Of a DNA stretch of 64,000 bases, positions 56,116 through 64,000 are shown in pieces; the stretch's first letter is position 1, and the number at the start of each line of letters is the position of its first letter. The notes beneath the pieces were generated by a model. It was not told the DNA's origin and made no database searches. It saw only the letters and a list, made by a program, of their open reading frames with translations. Origin of the DNA: Octopus vulgaris (Eukaryota); assembly GCA_951406725.2 (NCBI GenBank), contig OX597833.1, positions 9,548,001 through 9,612,000 on the forward strand. Reading direction: 5' to 3'. A program made the translations under genes and the position numbers.

Positions 56116-56250
56116 TAATTTATTATATAGAAGGAGCTTCTACAGGACTAGAACTGTTTCATTCAAGAGAAATCATCAGGAAGCTCCTGATGGTTTCTCT
56201 TGAATGAAACAGTTCTAGTCCTGTAGAAGCTCCTTCTATATAATAAATTA
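56116..56250. repeat. 135-bp fold-back inverted repeat centred on an HHR stem I
   Basis: Arms of about 65 bp with one mismatch around the central aagct. Confidence 0.92.
56133..56187 (-). ncRNA. Type I hammerhead ribozyme
   Basis: Minus strand GGAGCTTC-CTGATGA-tTTC(tctt)GAAt-GAAACAG(ttctagtc)CTGTA-GAAGCTCC: 8-bp stem I, 4-bp stem III, GUA triplet. Confidence 0.8.
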
Positions 56251-56314
56251 ATTTTACTCTGCTATGTATTGAGTACCTTATTTACTGTGGTTAACCCCGA
56301 ATCAACCCGGGACC

Positions 56315-56358
<44 letters not shown>

Positions 56359-56696
56359 ACCACGTGTGTACCGTTGGCGATTTTTTTCCTCTGTCTTCCC
56401 TTCTCTAGATCTTTCCTTCTCCTATGTTTCCGACGAAGAGCTCCGCTCGAAACGTCCTGAGCGTCCAATAATACTATATTTGTTCCACGTCCTCGCGTTG
56501 TTGTGTTTTTTTTTGTTTTCTTGTTTGGATTAACTATATATATATATATACATATATGAATAAAAAAAATGGAGTTAACGCAGGTGTAATCAAATATTTT
56601 TACTTTCGACACATGTTTACTTGTGAGATTTTTGCTGCCCTGGCAACTATTTATTTTTTTTTCCGTGTTAATTGTTAACAAGGTAAAAATACACTC

Positions 56697-56785
<89 letters not shown>

Positions 56786-56950
56786 AATGAGATAGGGGTT
56801 GAAAATTCAACCCACCATGGGATAACATATATCCAATATACTGCTAGATAGGTACCCAACAAGACTAATACATAGATGTTAAAAATTGCCAAACAATCAG
56901 TTCATCTATTGTATTATATGGGTAAAGGTAATAATATTACCGTAAATTAA

Positions 56951-57558
56951 TACTACAAAATTAGAAAATGGAGAAACATACTTAAATCAATAAAACATCA
57001 ACTATCAGATGATACCCAATCAATACTTTATTACACCATTACATATCAGTAAAGGCATTATACAAAATATACAGTAAATGTAAATAGACAAAGAGATATA
57101 AGTATAAAATTTCAAATATAATATGTAATTAAATCAAATCTGACAGCTGTTTCGGCAGCGAGGGCAGTCATACTTCATTTAACCTACATTTTTATATTTT
57201 TATATTTTTATATTTATATGTATATGGAAAAATAATTTTTTTCACAATTATAACAAATTTAATTCTCTGAAGAGGCCGTGGGGCATCCTTGTTAATGCCT
57301 CATTTATACCTGCCTTTATGGCTTATAGGTTAAATGAGGTATGACTGCCCTCGCTGCCGAAACAGCTGTCAGATTTGATTTAATTACATATTATATTTGA
57401 AATTTTATACTTATATCTCTTTGTCTATTTACATTTACTGTATATTTTGTATAATGCCTTTACTGATATGTAATGGTGTAATAAAGTATTGATTGGGTAT
57501 CATCTGATAGTTGATGTTTTATTGATTTAAGTATGTTTCTCCATTTTCTAATTTTGTA

Positions 57559-57561
<3 letters not shown>
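56951..57561. repeat. 236-bp inverted repeat (56951-57186 and 57326-57561) between (TA)n tracts
   Basis: The arms are reverse complements with one mismatch noticed by eye. Confidence 0.93.
57259..57378 (+). ncRNA. Type I hammerhead ribozyme with long stem II
   Basis: TCT-CTGAAGA-GGC..GGGCA..ATGCCTCATTTA..TAAATGAGGTAT..TGCCC..GCC-GAAAC-AGCT-GTC-AGA; palindromic stem III ACAGCTGT, GUC triplet. Confidence 0.85.
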
Positions 57562-57600
<39 letters not shown>

Positions 57601-57604
<4 letters not shown>

Positions 57605-57834
57605 TGTTATATTTCGGAATGGCCATATTGCCAGTTTAGCCAATAAAAACACACGCACTATATATTTGGTCTTATTTTGCTTCAGTGATATTTATTTTTT
57701 ACGTTAATCTTAATCTTATTTCGGCCAGAGTTCTTTCGTCACACTCCTGTGACCGCATCAGTGGTCCTTTGTTTTCTTCTTTCCTATTTTATTGGCTAAA
57801 CTGGCAATATGACCATTCCGAAATATAACAATAT
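57601..57834. repeat. 48-bp inverted repeat enclosing a variant HHR
   Basis: 57601-57648 and 57787-57834, one mismatch. Confidence 0.88.
57723..57767 (-). ncRNA. Variant or degenerate hammerhead ribozyme
   Basis: GGACCA-CTGATGC-G-GTCACA(ggag)TGTGAC-GAAA-GAACTC-TGGCC; 6-bp stem II, core A9 changed to C. Confidence 0.55.
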
Positions 57835-57941
57835 CTGTTTCAACACACGACTTCACATAAAAAATCTTGCACAACAAATATTTAAACGTATATATATATA
57901 GATATACATATATATACATACATACACACGCACACACACAG

Positions 57942-57973
<32 letters not shown>

Positions 57974-57978
57974 ATATA

Positions 57979-58057
<79 letters not shown>

Positions 58058-58206
58058 GTTCAGTTGAATAAATCTATCAGTAATGTATCTATAATGAATA
58101 CCGGAAACAACTGTAAGCCAAATTTACTTCAATAAAGGAAAAGCATGTAATGGCTAATATTTTAAACTAGTTTAAATATATATATAAAATTATTATTATT
58201 ATTATT

Positions 58207-58576
58207 GAGTGAGAGAGCAGTGCATGCCATCAAAGTGACACTGGGGTAAAATATACGAAGCCCAATATACCCATCATGACTACCCGTCTGATAAGGGTAC
58301 ACCAGGCACATGCATCACAACCATATGTGCGCGACATGGTGATCTCATATCAAGATAAACAGCACATGACCTTGCAGGTGGGGCTCAGTTAGAATTTTCT
58401 TCAGGTTGAGTAGCCCATCCCGCTCAAAAGGTCCCTGAATAAGGGTTGTTTAAGGATGTTGAAAGAACCACCCATGTTTCCAGAGGTGAATTATTCAAAC
58501 CCCAAAGAATCCCTCTCAACACATGCCTATGATGCTCCCCCACTACTTCTGCTCGTGATCAGAGATGCACATATCG

Positions 58577-58578
<2 letters not shown>
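58207..58578 (-). mobile_element. Unclassified interspersed element flanked by (TAA)n on both sides
   Basis: Complex-sequence island of about 370 bp between (ATT)n runs; no ORF similarity recognised. Confidence 0.45.
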
Positions 58579-58644
<66 letters not shown>

Positions 58645-58899
58645 TTATGTTTGATTTTTGGTTTACATTTGTACGAGACCTCAAGAGACAACAAGTTGGA
58701 AGTTCATGTTGGTGTTATGCCTAGGGTGCCATATATTTGGTTTGGTAAAAAAAATTGTTCTAGAGAATGTTTAAGAAACCATAAGAGAATTGTGTGTTTG
58801 TTTCTTCTTCTTCTTCTTCATCATCATCTTCTTCTTCTTCTTCTTCTTCTTCTTCTTCTTCTTCTTCTTCTTCTTCTTCTTCTTCTTCTTCTTCTTCTT

Positions 58900-58974
<75 letters not shown>

Positions 58975-58987
58975 ATTATTGATAACG

Positions 58988-59192
58988 TGGCGAACTGGCG
59001 GAATAGTTAGCACGCTGGGCAAAATGCCAAGCGGCATATCGTCCATCTTTGCTTTCTGAGTTCAAATTCCGCCGAGGTCGATTTTGCCTTTCATCCTTTC
59101 GGGGTCGATAAACTAAGTACCAGTTGCACATTGGGTTCGATGTAATCGACTCACCCCTCCCTCAAAACTGCTGCCCTTGTGGCAAAATTTGA
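58988..59192 (+). mobile_element. SINE family B
   Basis: Matches 13175-13394. Confidence 0.8.
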
Positions 59193-59199
59193 AATATTA

Positions 59200-59521
59200 C
59201 TATTATTATTAATCAGTAGTTTTATTTTTATAACGGGCTTTTACTTCACTATGGAGCGCAGCTCTGTGTGCCTTGGGTATGTGCTGTGGTTTGCTGTGAT
59301 GCTCTTACGGTTACTGTATTGAAAGTGTTCTGCGCAGGATGTGTGCAGTGCCCAGTAGTGCTATTTTCTGTATGTTATATATATTTGTAAGTCCTGGTGT
59401 TTTTGTTATGTATTTGTCCGAATATTTTTTTATCATACCTAATGCACCTACTATGATTGGAATTGTTTCTGGTTTTAGATTCCACATTTGAGGTCTTTGT
59501 AGTTACCTCTATTTCCAGGTC
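59200..59521 (-). mobile_element. R4/Dong-clade (RLE) non-LTR retrotransposon 3' end
   Basis: DLEIEV..MWNLKPETIPIIVGALGMIKK...IQKIALLGTAHILRRTLSIQ*, then a short UTR and TAA tail. Confidence 0.85.
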
Positions 59522-59590
59522 TTTCTTCTTCTTCTTCTTCTTCTTCTTCTTCTTCTTCTTCTTCTTCTTCTTCTTCTTCTTCTAATGATG

Positions 59591-59654
<64 letters not shown>

Positions 59655-60330
59655 TCTTTTCTACTAAAGGTACAAGGCCTCAAATTTAGGGGGAAGGGAC
59701 TAGTCGATTACGTTGACCCCAGTGTTCCACTGGTACTTAATTTATCGACTGAGAAAGGATGAAAGGCAAAGTCGACCTCGGTAGAATACCAACTCAAAAG
59801 ATAAGTACGGACGAAATGCCTCGAAGCATTTTGCCCGGCATGGTAACGATCCTGCCAGCTCCCTTTCTGCTATAGAATTACTTGAATTAAGACTAAAAAT
59901 AATTCAATCGTAATGTTTTATGGTATTTTTGTAGCTCTATTCCTTCTCTACGTGGAGGTGCATGGCTCAGAGCTTAGGGTGTCGAACCCATGATCGTAAG
60001 ATTGTGGTTTCGATTCTTTGACCGGGCGATGCGTTGTATTTTTGAGCAAAGCACTACGTTTCACGTTGCTTCTGTCTTCTCAGCTACCGAAAATGAGTAA
60101 TCCCGTCCAAGGAGGGGAATGTGTATGCCACAGAATCTGGGAAACTCGCCTTATGAGCCAATGGCTAAGGAAGTACGTTTGAAGTACGTTCTTCTTATTT
60201 GTGTTCTAATCTACCGGATCCCCATAAGCATTCGAAGTTTTAAAAATCCTAAAAACTTTCGGACATGAACAAACCGACACCGGTGTCAAACGGTGGTTGG
60301 GGCATACACAACATAAACACACACACACAC

Positions 60331-60424
<94 letters not shown>

Positions 60425-60453
60425 GGGAGTTGAACGAAGATGTTAACAAAATT

Positions 60454-60534
60454 CCTTTACTCTCGACATATGTTTCGACATTTATTCCAAAGGAATAAAC
60501 GGTGCAAGATGCAATCTTCTCATCAGGAAAGAAG
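60454..60534 (-). ncRNA. Type I hammerhead ribozyme (stem II deletion variant)
   Basis: CTTTC-CTGATGA-GA..TC-GAAAC-ATAT-GTC-GAGAG on the minus strand. Confidence 0.65.
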
Positions 60535-60552
60535 TCTTGTTGAGAGAGGCTC

Positions 60553-60645
60553 CCTTTCTTTCCTGATGAGAAGATTGCATCTTGCACCGTTTATTCCTTT
60601 GGAATGAAACTATACTGTCTTCGAAACATATGTCGAGAGTAAAGG
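60553..60645 (+). ncRNA. Type I hammerhead ribozyme with branched stem II
   Basis: CTTTC-CTGATGA-GAAGA..TGCA(tct)TGCA..ATTCC(ttt)GGAAT..TCTTC-GAAAC-ATAT-GTC-GAGAG; palindromic stem III ACATATGT. Confidence 0.87.
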
Positions 60646-60842
60646 AATTTTGCTAACATCTTCGTTCAGCTCCATTTATTTATTTATTCATATATAACAC
60701 ACAAATTTCTGCACATGAACCCGGAGTTTCTACCCTTGGACAGGTTGCTTCAACCGTGTTTCTGACGTGAATTTGCTACCCTGGTATCGGTTCATCGAAT
60801 TTTCCATATTGACGGTAAACATAGGATAATTCATTCACCTAT

Positions 60843-60897
<55 letters not shown>

Positions 60898-61182
60898 TAA
60901 ATAAAATAAAACATATGCATATATATAAACATATATGTACGTACCTACCTCTACATGTACATATACACGCATATATGAGTACAGGACACCAAAAAGACGT
61001 CGAACACAATGAGAAACGAAAACATAGACACAAACCAAAGGAACTGGACATTTTTTTAAACAACAAAAAAATAGAGTACAGGACAATTAACACAAAGAAA
61101 AAACCCCTTCTTCAGTCGCTATGGTTTCATCTACTCTACGTTTCGAAGGTGAAAGCGAGACGTATCTTCGACTAGAAACTTT

Positions 61183-61272
<90 letters not shown>

Positions 61273-61439
61273 CGGGCTTACACGCAGTTTCCGTCTACCA
61301 AATTCACCCACGAATTATTGGTCGCTTCTGGGTTGTAGTAAAAGACACACGATCAAAGTGCCGCACAGTGGGACCGAACTCTAAACCACGTGGTTGCAAA
61401 GCGAATCTTATAATTACCAGTAATTGCACTGAACATTAA

Positions 61440-61860
61440 TACCTAAGTGAGCTTAACTTTGTGATGCTGTCATTTTTAAGGACGAAATTATTGGAGGCAC
61501 GTTTTAACACCTTTCTTTGTTTATCTAATGTGTACTTGTTATGTTGGAGTACAGCCAACCCGTCGTTTCTATATAAGCCTACATCTCTCATATGATCCTT
61601 ATAAATATTCAGAATATATAGGTCAACAAGTTCCACATATCTCAGCGCTGTCGAAGGATCCCAAACTGACAACTGACGAAACATTAAATATTGTATTACT
61701 TCATAATCCTAGCCGCGTTTTTATTGAAAAACGAAAATTCTTGGTATGCAATAATTATATGTCAATGTTAAATTCTAGAGTACAGGTTGGCAATGATTCC
61801 GAATTAGCAAAAAGCAACCTGACAGTATAGAAATTCGCGAATGTGTGCTAATGATTATTA
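61440..61860 (-). pseudogene. Penelope-like reverse transcriptase remnant
   Basis: VSLGSFDSAEIC/(frameshift)ELVDLYIL...VGLYRNDGL resembles the GS(F/Y)DGAEvCELVGLY...GLYRDDGL motifs of some PLE RTs. Confidence 0.75.
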
Positions 61861-62134
61861 CTGATATTTTAAAAGTAATTAATTATATATATAAGTATTT
61901 AATTATCGCTGACGTCACACATCATAATGCGCTTGATTAACGTAACTGAATATTAGAGAGGGCTTCTAATGTTGCGCTAAATCAAATGCGGATTATAAGT
62001 TCAAGAGATAACGTGTAAACCGAACCATCGAAATGTCTAGGGTCGTAATTCCAAACTAACTGGGTCTCATCATCTTCGGATGAAATATTTAGATTGATGA
62101 GGGAAGCAAAAAGTAAATGCATCTGCACATTCAT

Positions 62135-62154
62135 GCATATATATATATATATAT

Positions 62155-62242
<88 letters not shown>

Positions 62243-62273
62243 ATATATGTAAACATATATGTAAATATGTATG

Positions 62274-62304
<31 letters not shown>

Positions 62305-62404
62305 GTATATATATATTTATGTATATGTATATATATATGTATATATATGTATGCTTGCATATACTATCAACAATAATATTAATGTTTGTATATATATAAG
62401 TGTA

Positions 62405-62435
<31 letters not shown>

Positions 62436-62536
62436 GTGTGTATATATGTATGTGTGTGTATATATGTATGTATATATATATATACATGTGCATGTATATA
62501 TGTATAAGTGTATGTGTGTATATATATATACATATA

Positions 62537-62629
<93 letters not shown>

Positions 62630-62649
62630 GTGCATGTATATATGTATAA

Positions 62650-62687
<38 letters not shown>

Positions 62688-62800
62688 TTATACATATATA
62701 TATATGTAAATATATATGTATATGTATACTACAAAATTAGAGAATGGAGAAACATATATATATATATATACATACATATGAATATATACACTCACACATA
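62135..62800. repeat. Long compound (TA)n/(TG)n microsatellite
   Basis: Direct reading; similar tracts occur throughout the window. Confidence 0.95.
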
Positions 62801-63021
62801 TTGAAAGCATCAAATAGAACCTGCATTGAAACACTTTCCGCACAATTAATTACTTACAAGATATGTACTTTTATGTAAACATGTCCGTATACACGTGCGC
62901 GAGCACAACAGAGAGAGAGAGGGGGGGGGAGAAAGATGCATATAAACGAATGTGTATATATATATATATATATATATCCATATGTATATAGTGTGTGGAT
63001 CTTCGTGGTTATTGTCACTGA

Positions 63022-63237
63022 CTCTCTTACTCTTTACTCTTTTACTTGTTTCAGTCATTTGACTGCGGCCATGCTGGAGCACCGCCTTTAATCGAGCAAA
63101 TCGACCCCAGAGCTTATTCTTTGTAAGCCCAGTATTTATTCTATCGGTCTATTTTGCCGAACCGCTAAGTGACGGGGACGTAAACACACCAGCATCGGTT
63201 GTCAAGCAATGCTAGGGGGACAAACACAGACACACAA

Positions 63238-63275
<38 letters not shown>

Positions 63276-63445
63276 ATATATACGACAGGCTTCTTTCAAT
63301 TTCCGTCTACCAAATCCACTCACAAGGCTTTGGTCGGCCCGAGGCTATAGCAGAAGACACTTGCCCAAGATGCCACGCAGTGTGACTGAACCCGGAACCA
63401 TGTGGTTGGTTAGCAAGCTACTTACCACACAGCCACTCCTGCGCC
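63022..63445 (-). mobile_element. SINE family A (full length, young)
   Basis: Near-identical reverse complement of 12675-13073. Confidence 0.92.
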
Positions 63446-64000
63446 TATAGTCGAAATCTTTTTTAAAAATCCTGATGTATCATATAGATGTAATTTTGGA
63501 CGCTGAATCAGAATTTGTATTCATTTATTCCAGAAAAACTTTTACGGCAATGTTAGAGGTGTTCAAAGTTTGATAATTTTCAAAATTTTCAGCCAATCAG
63601 AAAACAACGCATTCGCTGCCCCTTTGGTCATCTGTCACAGTTGCGGGAAAGGAGGTGAAGGGTCACGGCATGTCAAAACATTAAACTAGCTACAGTGAAC
63701 AGTGAGAAACATTAAAAGATTCGTGAGTAAATCAAATATTTTAAAGCTACGAGCAAACCAACAGGAGTTGCTAGAAATAACAGTCAGAACATTAAAATAT
63801 ACACGAGCAAAGTTAAAAGTGGAAAACATTAAAACATTTGTGAGTAAATTAAACGACGATGACGCTGTTGTTGATGATGATGATGATGATGATGATGATG
63901 AGGAGGAGGAGGAAGAATGGGATGATATTGATGTTGTTGTTGGTGCTGCTGCTAGTCTACTGATGATGATGATGAGGATGATGGTGGTGGTGTGGTGGTG

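Larger units (their letters stand above)
60418..60681. repeat. Inverted repeat carrying two divergently oriented HHRs
   Basis: 60418-60534 versus 60557-60681, with a short spacer and an indel in stem II. Confidence 0.9.

Noticed and set aside
58456-59059. Poly-I/L/K/F ORFs
   Set aside because: Derived from (ATT)n and (CTT)n trinucleotide repeats.
61105-61185. Minus-strand GAAAC-GTA...CTGAAGA permuted HHR-like motif
   Set aside because: No credible stem I and weak stem II; not called.

Overview
Repeat-dominated, AT-rich animal genomic DNA. It is most likely a cephalopod (octopus-type); this is inferred from the tRNA-derived SINEs with internal (TA)n/(CA)n and the extreme microsatellite density, and was not verified. 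No intact protein-coding gene is supported; nearly all ORFs in the track are microsatellite or satellite artefacts. The window holds three satellite families (87, 34 and 15 bp), telomere-like TTAGGG seeds and a mosaic of local segmental duplications, which together look subtelomeric. It also holds three SINE families, decayed CR1/L2-like, RTE, R4/Dong, Penelope-like (PLE), Gypsy, Tc1, hAT-MITE and Helitron-like elements, a possible promoter with non-coding or pseudogenic exons (14.4-18.3 kb), and a 100-N gap. The most notable signal is a set of sequence-divergent type I hammerhead ribozymes (HHRs) at 1889, 52764, 56133, 57259, 57723, 60454 and 60553, with weaker variants at 53344 and 56430. 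Most sit in short non-coding elements embedded in (TA)n tracts, several as fold-back inverted repeats. Four have different but always self-complementary stem III sequences, suggesting a dimer-cleaving, microsatellite-associated, PLE-dependent retrozyme-like system.
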